From Macrostomum lignano (lineage: Eukaryota), in contig NIVC01004212.1 in assembly GCA_002269645.1 (NCBI GenBank), positions 1-54,810 on the forward strand: a stretch of 54,810 nucleotides of DNA. The letters run 5' to 3'. Shown in pieces: positions 10,060 through 40,013 of this stretch. The notes below the pieces were generated by a model, which saw only the letters and a program-made list of their open reading frames with translations, made no database searches and was not told where the DNA came from. Position 1 is the first letter of the stretch. Each line of letters begins with the position of its first letter. Position numbers and translations under genes: made by a program.

Positions 10060-13000
10060 TCACGGCGCCACAGACACGGGAAAGTTGGCCTCCAGGCCGT
10101 GCTTGGCGCCCAGCACGAACTGCAGTGACAGCAGCAGAACTGCCACACCGAACAACAGATGCGCCGCGCCCCAAGACCTGGTGGGCCGCATAAACAAACG
10201 CACAGTTGGCGTCTCCCATTGACTCTCCGTCCAGGTGGAGAAGTCGCCCGACCGCTCCAGGCGTTATAATCCGAGCTGTCAATCGGGGACACGGCGGGCA
10301 GGGCAGTCAGGGACAGGCGCAGACAGACCCCGCTGACATTGTTAGACGCGCCGCTGACAGATGTCAGATCGTAGAACACTGGCAGGCCAGCGCTAACGGT
10401 ATCGTTAGCTGTATTCAATGCCAAACAGTCGCTCCGCTTAGTTACACCTGGCACAATATCGCCTGTAGCATTGGACAGCAACAGGTAGGTCAAATATCTC
10501 AGGTGGTTGCCACCCTGATTAGGCAGGAATCTGCTCTGATATTCGTACACATAGGCGCCAATTAAACCGTTAATACTATTAGTAGCAGCGTAGACTTTAT
10601 CTAGCCAACTTTTTGTCACATTAGCCCCGGATATCGCGTGCTGACAGGTGGCGTCGCCTTGGAGACAATCAACGTAGGCTTTCAACAGATTGTCGTCCAC
10701 CTTTGCTGCTGACGAATTAGTGAGAAACTGTGACGCCAGAGTAGCAATGCGATCCGCTAAGGTGGCCAAGGTTTGCACAACACCAGAGGGCGTCGGGCGC
10801 ACATCGGCAAACGAGTTATAATTCCGATTGCGAAATCCTTGATCCCGTTTGTGATCGGTGAGGAGCAGGGCGGGCACCGGCTGCAGCGGAGCTGACTCCT
10901 TCGAACCTGGCGGCCTTAGAAAAGTCTGAGTCGAGGCTGGCGGCAGTTTTCTATCGCTAATCAAAGCGTCAGATTTCAAGCCGAGAGATTTCACATGCGA
11001 GTCAACTGTAGAGTTGACAACTCTATAAACTGACGGATCAGTGTACGCGGCCAGCTGGTCCATGGATTCTAAATTCGACAGCTCGCCCAGTTCAATAATC
11101 GAATGCACGTGACTGGCATTGATTCTAGCCGGTTGACCCGATTCGCCTAGCAACTGGTTGCCATGGAGATCGTGTACTAAGCGCTGGCTGCCAATATAGT
11201 CCCAGCTGTCGCCATTGACAAATACGATGGCAACGTCGCGACCTGTTGTCCCGTTACTGGATGAAGCTAGCGCATTAGCGACTGCAAGCAATACCGCGAT
11301 AGCCGGAGTAAGAGTGCCAGAAGCTGGCGAGTTGCTGGCAAACATTGAGAAGGAGTCAAGGCGAGCCAAGATCAGCATAACAGATGCGGGTGCTCGGACA
11401 GTATTGGTTGGCATCGCTGTTGAGCTAGCGGTCCATACTAGACTCAAATCGCCCATTGGGCCGCAGAAATGCATCAGCTGAGAGATGGAGGTCAAGGCGG
11501 AGATGAGGCTAGTGTACTGCGGCCTTCGGAGGCAAGTAACCGACGAGGCCGCCCCGTGCATCGGCGTGCGCAGCTCGATTGCGCAATGACGCAGCGACGA
11601 TTCGCGTTGGGTACAATTTTTCAAAGTGAAAATCTGCTCGGATTTGGTTACTAAGGCAACAGGAAAGGACCAGTCTAACAGGGCGGCAGAGGTGCCGGCG
11701 GCATTCCATGCTGGGGAGGCCTGCGGGCCGGAGCAGCTGCCGCCGCGGCTGCCGCGGTAGGCGCTCAGACGGTCGTTGGGGCAAGCGGAGTCCTCGGAGA
11801 TGTTCACGCCGGTTTTTGCGGCAAAGTCGAACGTGAAGTCGCGCTCAGATTCAGAGTACAGAACCAGCAGGCCCTGCGGGAGGGGAGCGGCGGAGAGTGG
11901 GGGTTAGTCCCAGCAACTGAGGATCTGGGAGGCTGGCCCAACAACTGGGGATCTGGGAGACTGGCCCAGCAACTGACACTCTGGGAGGCTGGCCCAGCAA
12001 CTGAGGATCTGGGAGGCTGGCCCAGCAGCTGAGGATCTGGGAGGCTGGCCCAGCAACTGGGGATCTGGGAGGCTGGCCCAGCAACTGGGGATCTGGGAGA
12101 CTGGCCCAGCAACTGACACTCTGGGAGGCTGGCCCAGCAACTGAGGATCTGGGAGGCTGGCCCAGCAGCTGAGGATCTGGGAGGCTGGCCCAGCAACTGG
12201 GGATCTGGGAGGCTGGCCCAGCAACTGGGGATCTGGGAGGCTGGCCCAGCAACTGGGGATCTGGGAGGCTGGTTCAGAAACTGGGGATCTGGGAGGCTGG
12301 CTCAGCAACTGGGGATCTGGGAGGCTGACCCAGCAACTGAGGATCTGGGAGGCTGGCCCAGCAACTGGGGATCTGGGAGGCTGGCCCAGCAACTGAGGAT
12401 CTGGGAGGCTGGCCCAGCAACTGAGGATGTGGGAGGCTGGCCCAGCAACTGAGGATGTGGGAGGCTGGCCCAGCAACTGGGGATGTGGGAGGCTGGCCCA
12501 GCAACTGAGGATCTGGGAGGCTGGCCCAGCAACTGGGGATCTGAGAGGCCGGCCCAACAACTGGGGATCTGAGAGGCTGGCCCAGCAACTGGGGATCTGA
12601 GAGGCCGGCCCAACAACTGGGGATCTGAGAGGCCGGCCCAACAACTGGGGATCTGAGAGGCCGGCCCAACAACTGGGGATCTGAGAGGCTGGCCCAGCAA
12701 CTGGGGATCTGGGAGGCTGCGGTGACAACCCAGAAGGGGATCCACCAGCGCGGCAGCACAAACCTGCAGGCCCCCGGGCAGGCCGTGCAGTTTCGCAGCC
12801 TGCAGGGCGAACAGCTCAGCGGGCACGGCCAGCACGGCATCGGCGGTGTCATCGCGGCTCAGGCCGTCCAACTCGGCCGCAGTGTCGGCAAAGATCAAAC
12901 GGCCGACGTTGCCGCCCAGGCTGCTGGAGCAGCCAGCCTGATGGGTGCCGTTGAATCGACGAACGCAGGCAGAGAAGGCGGCCTGCGGCAGCTTGTAGTA

Positions 13001-13087
13001 GCTGCGGTCTCGCAATCTCTCGCAGGAGCCGAGCCGAAACAGAACTGCTACTAACAGTAGTACTAAAGCTCCATTGCGGGTGAACAT
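10060..13087 (-). CDS. NCSTN: Nicastrin (gamma-secretase subunit), 2 exons, with an apparent 1-nt frameshift at ~10247-10249
   Basis: ATG at 13087 with a signal peptide. Exon 1 13087-12764 (CVRRFNGTHQAGCSS); intron 12763-11874 (GT..ACTAAC..CAG, phase 0); exon 2 from 11873 (CPND, WNAAG, RLDSFSMF, GDSWDYIGS). The conserved STWTESQW motif plus TM helix and stop (10060) are in a shifted frame. Confidence 0.93.
11909..12719. repeat. 28-bp minisatellite array 2 (~29 copies) inside the nicastrin intron
   Basis: Same unit and orientation as array 1; lies between the intron donor region and the branch point. Confidence 0.97.
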
Positions 13088-13124
13088 CGTTTTCTTTAAA
13101 ACTCGGTTTATAAACTTTAGGCAG

Positions 13125-13140
13125 CTGGGGTAGAGTGCAT
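13125..13140 (-). promoter_or_regulatory. Candidate splice acceptor (possibly trans-splice site) 37 nt upstream of the nicastrin ATG
   Basis: Minus strand ...GCACTCTACCCCAG|ctgcctaaag...aaaacgATG. Confidence 0.4.
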
Positions 13141-13166
13141 GCAATTGAATTTATATGAATATACAA

Positions 13167-13678
13167 CTCTGGCGCACTTAAAGCGATATTGTAAAAAAAA
13201 CTTTTTACCGAAGCACAATGAAGTCTAAACGGTCATTATTACAGCATTCAGCGACTCCACCAAAAGATTTTTCAATTGATAAGAGCATGCAGGCACACTT
13301 GCTGTGATTTTATTAAACCGATTAAAAATTTATGACTAAGTTATAGAGTCGCCTATTATCTTATCTGATTGCCAATTCAACTGGACCTCGCCACGCGTAA
13401 TCAATGTACATGATACTCCCTGCCCGAGTGACCAATTAGTCTAGCCACCCCATCTCTTGTCCAATCAGATCAATTTTAAGGCGTGAAAAAATGGCCGCAC
13501 AGGCACACACTTAAACAGGAGTGTACAGCGGCCCTCCTAACTTGCCTTGGGGGTTGGCCTTTAAGGCCGCTTGTTAATAGCACGAGCAGAGCTAAGCCGA
13601 GATTCCAATTCAAATTAATGTGACTGCACTTGGAATCGAGCCTGGGCCGTCGCGCTAGACCGCTGAGCTACGGCCCCT
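13167..13678 (-). mobile_element. tRNA-derived SINE family A, copy 1 (with a replaced or expanded middle)
   Basis: Minus-strand head AGGGGCCGTAGCTCAGCGG (A box)...GGCTCGATTCC (B box). Body and the tail motif TCGCTT(T/A)AAGTGCGCCAG are shared with the copies at 39.7 and 44.1 kb. Confidence 0.8.
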
Positions 13679-14941
13679 CATCACTCGCCCCCATGTGCCT
13701 CGTCACTTGTGTGACATACTATAGTTAGTGCAAACAAACTGATTTAATAATTAAAACAAAAGACTAATAATTGTCAAATCAAACTACAAGATGTAACTTG
13801 AAGAACTTATTTTATAAGATATTAGATAAAATTTGTTTAGAAAAAAGTTTTCTACTAGATTATTCGTAAAGATAAAAATTTCAAAAAAATTATTACAAAT
13901 CAAAGACTTTGCTTTACTCGCACCTATAATTAGTCTTATTATAGTAACTTAGTATTGGCATTAAGAGCTGGAGTTTAAAAACACAGTTTCAGAAAGATAA
14001 GAGTTAAAAGAATCAGCTGATTTTACGGAAATTAGTCTGAAAATTTGAAATCAATATAAAAAGGTGTCATAACTGCAAAAATTTACCGATAAAATAGAGA
14101 ATATTTTAAAGTTTCTTAGTTCTGTCAAATTCCTAGAAACAGCCGAGGGTATTTCTTAAAAATAGTCGGGAGTAATTCTTAGAAAACACCGGAGTACTTT
14201 TAAACCTGCTGAATAATGAGCCACATCAAATTATAAGGGGAGCAGTTAGTAGCTTTGAGCACAATAGGTCAATTAAAAATTACCGAAGTAAGTCAAAATT
14301 GTACACGGTACACGCTTTACTTTGCTGCTCTAGCAGGAATTTACATAATTAAAAGGTGCAGATTGCTAGGACCAGAAGCTGTATAAAAAAACATGATTAA
14401 TGTCATATATAATATGTAACATATTAAATCATATTTAATCATATGTAACATATTAAATTCATAATTTAGCAAAGGGTAATAGTTTGATGGCGAAGGGAAA
14501 TGCAAATGATTATGAACGATCGATAATTAGTGAAAAATATACATAAGAAGAAAATTGTTGTTATTATAATATACGCTCGTAGCTGCATTCTAATTTTGGT
14601 CTGACTGTATTAAAATTGATAAAAACACCGAGTTTTAGAGGTAGAAATTTCAGGGTTCTTACGAATCCCAATCAGAGGCTTTGGCTCTTCATATTGCGGT
14701 CAGGGTGAATGTTCCGTTGGATAGAAAATAGAATGGATTTTCATGGAAAAACCGGGACGGATGGGGTTGGTACTTATATTATCTTAGTTGGGTCAGGGTC
14801 ATGAATGTACATTGGGGGTAGGAAAGAAAGTCCGTTCTTTACTGACCAATAATGTACATTAGGGATAGAAAATAGAATGGATTTTCCGCGGCAAAACCCG
14901 GAGGCATGGGTTTGAAAGTTGTTAAATGTAAATTTTGTTGA

Positions 14942-15421
14942 TTAATTTAATAATCCCACATCGGAAGCTGAACCGGACACTGCTCCGCTGCTACTAGCAA
15001 AACAGCCCAATCGTTTCTGTCTCAATAATTTTCTCTGTTTAAACTGGCCGCGACCCCGGGCGCCAATGTAGAATAGCACGGCGGTGAGATAGCCGGCTAT
15101 GATCAAAGGCAAGGGTTGAAGGCTGCGCACTCTGGAGTCGCACTGGTACGCTTCGCTCCAGAGTCGATGCGTGGCGTTCATTGCGTCTACAGCGTCCATG
15201 CAGAGACTGTGCGTGTTTCTGTCTCTGGTGTGCTCAGCATTTGATAGAGTATCGAACCGGATGGTCAGTGCTGAGTACAGTGAAGAGCACTTGTCGCACA
15301 CGATACTAGGGCCGGACTGGTTGCTGCTTGCGCTGCATTTATAGAGCGAAAAATTGATTTATCTATCCATTTATCTGTCTATCTATCTATCTATCCATCT
15401 ATCTGTCTATCTATCTATCTG

Positions 15422-15489
<68 letters not shown>

Positions 15490-15497
15490 ATCTATCC

Positions 15498-15559
<62 letters not shown>

Positions 15560-15569
15560 TCATCTATTC

Positions 15570-15600
<31 letters not shown>

Positions 15601-15601
15601 C

Positions 15602-15647
<46 letters not shown>

Positions 15648-16944
15648 ACTGAGGGAAATGTTGATTTAGAAACAAATAGGAAAGTCTCACCTGGAATAAT
15701 TAGCAAAGCATTCGCGCAGCTGTGTGGTGTCATTAAAGAACTGATCCAGATCACTGCGGTACCTGGGCAGACTGTCGTTCTGGCTACTGCCGCCGTTTGA
15801 TGAGAAGCAGTTGTTGCAGTTGCTGCTGCGCCACACAGACTCGACAAAATCTCGAGTTCTGGAGAGAACCTTTCGATGATAGAAGGAGAAATCAGTTTTG
15901 ATCAATACGGAATGGTCTGTGACCTTTGCTGTTTCCTTGCAGCACCTAACTAATTGACACGACAGATTCGGCCTCGTTTATATCCGACTAAACTCGATAA
16001 TTCTTGTCACCTTTGCTGCATACGTTAATGCACCTTACTATCCAACTTCTATCGAGCTGATCTACTTAATAAGTATCTGATCTACTTTCTAGGAATCTGA
16101 TCTACTTTCTAAGAATCTGATCTACTTTTTAAGAATCTGATCTACTTTCTTAGGATCTGATCTACTTTCTAGGAATCTGATCTACTTTCTAGGAATCTGA
16201 TCTACTTTCTAGGAATCTGATCTACTTTTTAAGAATCTGATCTACTTTCTTAGGATCTGATCAACTTTCTAGGAATCTGATCTACTTTCTAGGAATCTGA
16301 TCTACTTTTTGAGAATCTGATCTTTCTTAGGATCTGATCTACTTTCTAGGAATCTGATCTACTTTTTAAGAATCTGATCTACTTTTTGAGAATCTGATCT
16401 ACTTTCTTAGGATCTGATCAACTTTCTAGGAATCTAATCTACTTTCTAGGAATCTGATCTACTTTCTAGGAATCTGATCTACTTTCTATGAATCGGATCT
16501 ACCTTCTAAGAATCTGGTGTATATTCCAGGAATCGGATCTACTTCCGATCTAATATCTTTATCTATCTGCCAATCTACCGCAAGCAGCCAATCGCCCACC
16601 TGCACAGAATCCAGCTGCATCAGATACTTCCTACAGCTGGTGCCATCCGGGGCAGCACTCAAATCCTTGCCATCGTCCTTCACCAGCAGCTGGTGCAGGT
16701 CCGCATACTTGGCCCGGCTGTGGTAGCAGTGAGCGCACAGAGTGAACGGCCTGGCCGCGCGGCACATGCAGTCGGTGAGCTCGGCACTGGCCCTGCTCAG
16801 AGCGTATTGAAATGCGGTGCAATTCATGGCAGCTGGCGACATTGTCGGCGCCGATACCGCAACCATTTGCAGGCCTGTTGAATCCGATCTGCCTACTATG
16901 AGTAGCGATAAGAGCATTTCTAATATTAACAAACAATAATTCAT
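14942..16944 (-). CDS. OSTM1: Osteopetrosis-associated transmembrane protein 1 (ClC-7 beta subunit) homolog, 304 aa
   Basis: Exons 16944-16600, 15869-15691 and 15332-14942 are phase-consistent (0, 2). Signal peptide, [53 protein letters not shown] helix, then a basic [11 protein letters not shown] tail match the OSTM1 cysteine pattern. Confidence 0.88.
15352..15646. repeat. (TCTA)n/(GATA)n microsatellite in OSTM1 intron 2
   Basis: Direct reading. Confidence 0.97.
16070..16560. repeat. 20-bp tandem repeat (GAATCTGATCTACTTTCTAG) in OSTM1 intron 1
   Basis: Direct reading, ~24 copies. Confidence 0.95.
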
Positions 16945-16961
16945 TGTAGATTTTTTTCAAT

Positions 16962-16975
16962 CTGTTGCAGAAGCT
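16962..16975 (-). promoter_or_regulatory. Candidate splice acceptor (possibly trans-splice site) 17 nt upstream of the OSTM1 ATG
   Basis: Minus strand ...GCTTCTGCAACAG|attgaaaaaaatctacaATG. Confidence 0.4.
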
Positions 16976-17789
16976 TTCTAGCATAAATTTAATAAATTAA
17001 TATATATTATTGATTAAGTGTACGATAAACGCTGCCTTTATGAAATATTCTACGCTACATATCGGGTAAGATTTAATCAAATGGTCAAAATAAAATTTTG
17101 GTGGACACAAAGTTACCTAACTGATAATGCTACTGAGTTGGAAAGTAGCTTAGTAGCATATTGTAACCATGATTTATTCATGACGTAAATTTTAGCATCC
17201 AAAGTTCAGAATTAATGTAAAAAATTAGTGATATGCTACTACAGAGAACAAAAAATAATAGCAATCAAATCAAGTAGTGCCTGACGCATATATTTATGCG
17301 TATTTATATATTTATTTTTTAGCAAATATACATTCACAGAAAGTACACAGAAGTAAATACTGTTTAGTCAGATTGCAAAAATGTTTATATAATAACCAAT
17401 ATTAGCTACTTATTGATAAAACTACACAAATATTTGAAAATCACGTTGCAAATTACTTCAGGGAATGACTATAGACATAAACAACAAAATACTTGGAAAT
17501 CTTGACAATCTCAAAAATGTCACAATTGTCACAACAATATTTTGCATCAACAAACAACTACAAACAGACTAAAGGGATCATATATACATTCATAAATAAA
17601 CACAGCCAAATGTTTAGATAAAATAATCAAGTTGTCAGCACATTCACTGATGCAAAAGTAATTTTTTCTTTAAAAATTAATTTTAGAAGCCAATATTCTA
17701 AATAACTACTTTCGTGAAGCGTCAGAACGCGCATGACAAGAATTATTTATTTATTATCTTGAATTTCCAAGACACTAATTCCTTGAATC

Positions 17790-35497
<17,708 letters not shown>

Positions 35498-35589
35498 CTG
35501 TGGAGAAATTTGAGGTAAAATTTTGAGCACTCGATTATTGAAAATTAAACATTTTGTGTATTTCAAAAGACACATCATAAATCCAAATA

Positions 35590-36420
35590 ATCTCACCTAA
35601 CTTTTACCCACCTAATCTACCTTCATTCACCTAATTTACCTTTATTCACCTAAACTGTCTTTACTCACCTAATCTACTTTCATTCACCTAATCTACCTTC
35701 ACTTACCGAATCTACTTTCATTCACCTAATCTACCTTCACTCACCTAATCTACTTTCATTCACCTAATCTACCTTCACTCACCGAATCTACTTTCATTCG
35801 CCTAATCTACCTTCACTCACCGAATCTACTTTCATTCACCCAATCTACCTTCACTCACCGAATCTACTTTCATTCACCTAATCTACCTATACTCACGTCA
35901 TCTACACCTTAATTCACCGAATCTACTTTCATTCACCTAATCTACCTTCACTCACCGAATCTACTTTCATTCACCTAATCTACCTTCACTCACCGAATCT
36001 ACTTTCATTCACCTAATCTACCTTCACTCACCGAATCTACTTTTTCATTCACCTAATCTACCTTTACTCACGTCATCTACACCTTAATTCACCTAATCTA
36101 CTTTCATTCATCTAATCTACCTTCACTCACCTAATCTACTTTCATTCACCTAATCTACCTTCACTCATCTAATCTACTTTCATTCATCTAATCTACCTTC
36201 ACTCACCTAATCTACTTTCATTCACCTAATCTACCTTCACTCATCTAATCTACTTTCATTCACCTAATCTACCTTCACTCACTGAATCTACTTTCATCCA
36301 CCTAAGCTACCTTTACTCACGTCATCTACACCTTAATTCACTTAATATATTTTAACTCACCTAATATACCAACATTTGCCTAATATACCTAACATTTATT
36401 TAATCTACCTTCACCCACCT
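35590..36420. repeat. 19-bp tandem repeat alternating as a 38-bp dimer (CTAATCTACCTTCACTCAC / CGAATCTACTTTCATTCAC)
   Basis: Direct reading. Confidence 0.92.
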
Positions 36421-37129
36421 GATCTATCTCCCTCTTCATCCTTGGCTTTTTTTCCAAAAAACTGCATACTACTGGAAAATTGCAAATGAGGACCCAAGAG
36501 TCTAACTAGTGAATATCTTCCGGATCTCAAAGATAAAAAATTAATGATAATAACTTGTATCAAACGGTAAAGAGGAGCTATTTAAATTAGCTTTGGTTTG
36601 GCGCCAGTAGCGCATTGAAAATAGGCTTCGCTTTATACTAGTATAAAAGGTCGTATATTTTCTCTTGCAAATATTTGCAGAACATATTGGCATGTCTGAG
36701 GCTGCCTTAACACAATTACCAGTACCAATAGTAGATGAGCCAATCCCAGGAGAGCACTTCTAAATCTTGGACTTGTTAAGCAGTAGAGAAGGAGAATCAG
36801 GCTCATCAGCTCAATTAGGTTATAACGAACTCAATTCGGTTCAGTGTGTGTTTGTGTGTTGCTCTCTTGCTCTCGTGTTCTCAAGCCTTCAGCTAGCAGA
36901 AATTCCGATAGAAACCCGCAGTGGGACAAGAGGAATAGAAAAAATCTCAACTGCCTATTTTTGCTTTAATCAATCTAGTCTTGCATTGCTTTGCTAAAAA
37001 ATTACTGGGTCCATACGTATTTCTTCACTGCTCTGGAGAGAGCTCTGGCTCTAATGAGCAGCATTGATTCGATTGTGATGCAAAAAGGACGACGGACTGA
37101 CAAGAAGTTTACAAGTTTGGAGTGGCAAA

Positions 37130-37915
37130 ATGAGGGAGGGTTTGGAGTGACAAGATGAGTACCGATTCCGAGTGACTGGAAGAGTGCTGAAGCCGAATGA
37201 CAAGAAGAGTGCCGATTCCGAATGACTGGAAGAGCGTCGAAGCCGAATGACAAGATGTTTGCCGGTTTGGAGTGACAAGAAGTGTCGAAGCCAAATGACA
37301 AGATGTTTGCCGTTTGGAGTGACAAGAAGAGTGCCTATTCCAAATGACAAGAGTACCGATTCCGAGTGACAAGAAGAGCGTTAAAGCCGAATGACAAGGT
37401 GTTTGCCGGTTAGGAGTGACAAGAAGAGTGTTTATTTTAAATGACAAGAGTACCGATTCCGAGTGACAAGAAGAGTGCCAAAGCCGAATGACAAGATGTT
37501 TGCCGGTTTGGAGTGACAAGAAGAGTGCTGAAGCCGAATGACAAGATGTTTGCCGTTTGGAGTGACAAGAAGTGTCGAAGCCGAATGACAAGATGTTTGC
37601 CGTTTGGAGTGACAAGAAGTGTCGAAGCCGAATGACAAGATGTTTGCCGTTTGGAGTGACAAGAAGAGTGCCGATTACAAATGACAAGAAGAGTACCGAT
37701 TCCGAGTGACAAGAAGAGCGTCAAAGCCGAATGACAAGATGTTTGCCGGTTTGGAGTGACAAGAAGAGTGCCTATTGAAAATGACAAGAGTACCGATTCC
37801 GAGTGACAAAAAGAGCGTCAAAGCCGAATGACAAGATGTTTGCCGGTTTGGAGTGACAAGAAGAGTGCCTATTCCAAATGACAAGAGTACCGATTCCGAG
37901 TGACAAGAGTGCTGA
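37130..37915. repeat. Complex higher-order repeat built on a TGACAAG core (~97-bp, four subunits)
   Basis: TGACAAG recurs every ~21-26 bp with four alternating spacer types. Confidence 0.88.
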
Positions 37916-39656
37916 ATCCGAGTTGACAAAATTGACGTTTTTAAGTGACAAAAATGTGTCTTGGCAGTTCTTTCTATATATAGGAAACAAAACCAAAAAG
38001 GCACAATGAAGCGCGAAAAAGTTCAACCATCCTTTGCCAGAAAAAGTTCAATCGTCCTTTACAGACGCAACGAAAGAAAATATTCACGGACGGGAAAAGA
38101 AGCGTCAATAGATAAAAATGGAAGAAGAATGTCGAATAATCCAAGATATATAGGACAGCCACACAGCGAAAATGTCGCGGGAAAAATTACCTAAGGGGGG
38201 AGCTATGATCCTCTTTCCTCCCGCATCGGCAATCTGCCTCTCTGCCTGCCTCTGGCAGACAAACACTGCAGACACTAGTTCAGAGGAATCGATCCGGCGA
38301 TAAAACAAATTATGTATTGTGTTGTATAATTTATAGATTTTTTGCGTAGAGCTGCCAGAATGTGCATAGCGTGAAGCACTATATTCAGCTGCACTTTACA
38401 CTAACACGGAAAATTTCTTCCTTGTAAGCTTGACAATCTGACAAATTTCGGATTGTGTCATGAATAAATAAGATTTATCATTTCCAATTCGAATTACTTC
38501 GAAAACAGGGCGGAATGCAAGGACCATAAAAATCTGCAAGCTAGCCTGCCGGATGATGGCTACGCAAGACGGCAGATGGCGAACAGACGAGAGCAGACAC
38601 GCGAAGACAGAAACCCGAAGACAAAATAGCCAGTAGTTAAAGAGCTTCATTTCGAATTCATTCTTGTTTATCTTCACAATAACCTCGAAAGAGAAGGAAG
38701 GAGACGACTAATAATACTACCCGACTATCTTTCTAATATCCTCGTGGGAACTCTCGACGGAAATATCTCCCACGAGCGAATTCAGATGAAAAACAGAGGA
38801 AAACACAGGCCTTATATTCTAGTAGAAGTACCAAGTTATTGTCCTCTGATTCTTGAATAAAAAACTCTGAACCTCTGATAGAAACATCAACGATTTATCT
38901 TTGCTTCTTAATTTTAATAACTAAATGATCTTTGTAGTTCTACTGTTCAACACGCGCATATAGAGCAGATGCTTAAAAGTACAGGACCAGCGTGCGCATG
39001 ACGACAACAAAGAGTTTCGCTTCCGTCTTCATTAAGAGCTTGCCAGTTTTGAATAATTCAGTCATCATCACTGCTACATTGTTAGCTACAGTTTCCATTT
39101 TCCACTAACCAAAGGAACTCTACAGCTTAATGAAGGAAATTGCTTACAAAGTTGCTCATTTGTGCCGACGGTTATTTTTTTACAACCAAAAACCAAGTTC
39201 GTCAGACACTTTCTCGAGCAACGCAAGTACAAAGGGGAGGCCTGACGTGCCGTGTCGTTCCTTCCTCTTCGGCAGCAAAAGTTCGCCAACGATTCAAGAT
39301 GCTGGGAGGATAGCCACAGCTAATAAATAAACGCATTTCAGGTTGTAAAAGCCGCGCTTAACATTTCAGTTCAGACACTTGCTACTAGTACTGCTTTAGG
39401 CTTCAAAAAGGCATCGTTACTGCACTAGTAGTTGTAAATCTAATGCGCATCTGCCCGCGCTAGCAAGTTCAGAAAATTGCCTTACTATAGCTACACAAGC
39501 CTCGAAGGTTGGCTAAAACTATGTTAAGTAAAGTAAAGTAAAAAATCTCGCTAAATAGGCAACATTTTGCATTACCTGCATCTCCTGTAATGATTACACT
39601 TTGCTTTAGGAGCACGAATTTATATGTACGTTACTTTTTAGTTGGATTAGTGGCAG

Positions 39657-40013
39657 AGGGGCTGCGTGCACCCTGGCGCACTTAAAGCGACATTGTCACA
39701 CAACCGGCGAGAGTTGTGTGACAATACTGCCCATTCCGCCGACTCCCTTGAGCAGGCACACAAGCTCAAGGATACGTACGCAGTCATACGCACAGGCACA
39801 CACTCACACAGAAGTGTACAGCGGCCCTAACTTTATTTGTCGTTAGGCATGTGTACTTGTGGCTTGGGGATTGGCTTTAAAAGTCGTTAATTGCACGAGC
39901 AGACCCAAACCCGGATTCTAATTTAGCCCAAAATTACCGTGATTGCACTTGCAATCGAGCCTGGGCCACTGGCACACAAGAGCATTACGCCACACCACTA
40001 GGCTACGGACCCC
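39657..40013 (-). mobile_element. tRNA-derived SINE family A, copy 2
   Basis: Head GGGTCCGTAGCCTAGTGG...GGCTCGATTGC. Body is nearly collinear with the reverse complement of 44131-44472. Confidence 0.85.

Noticed and set aside
11860-12775. Near-duplication at the nicastrin intron ends (GGCCTGCAGGTT versus GGCCTGCTGGTT), suggesting intron gain with a target-site duplication
   Set aside because: The spliced protein KLHGLPGGLQGLLVL aligns without gaps to the recalled human KLKGRTSRIAGLAVS, so no extra residues are implied; the similarity is likely coincidental codon reuse.
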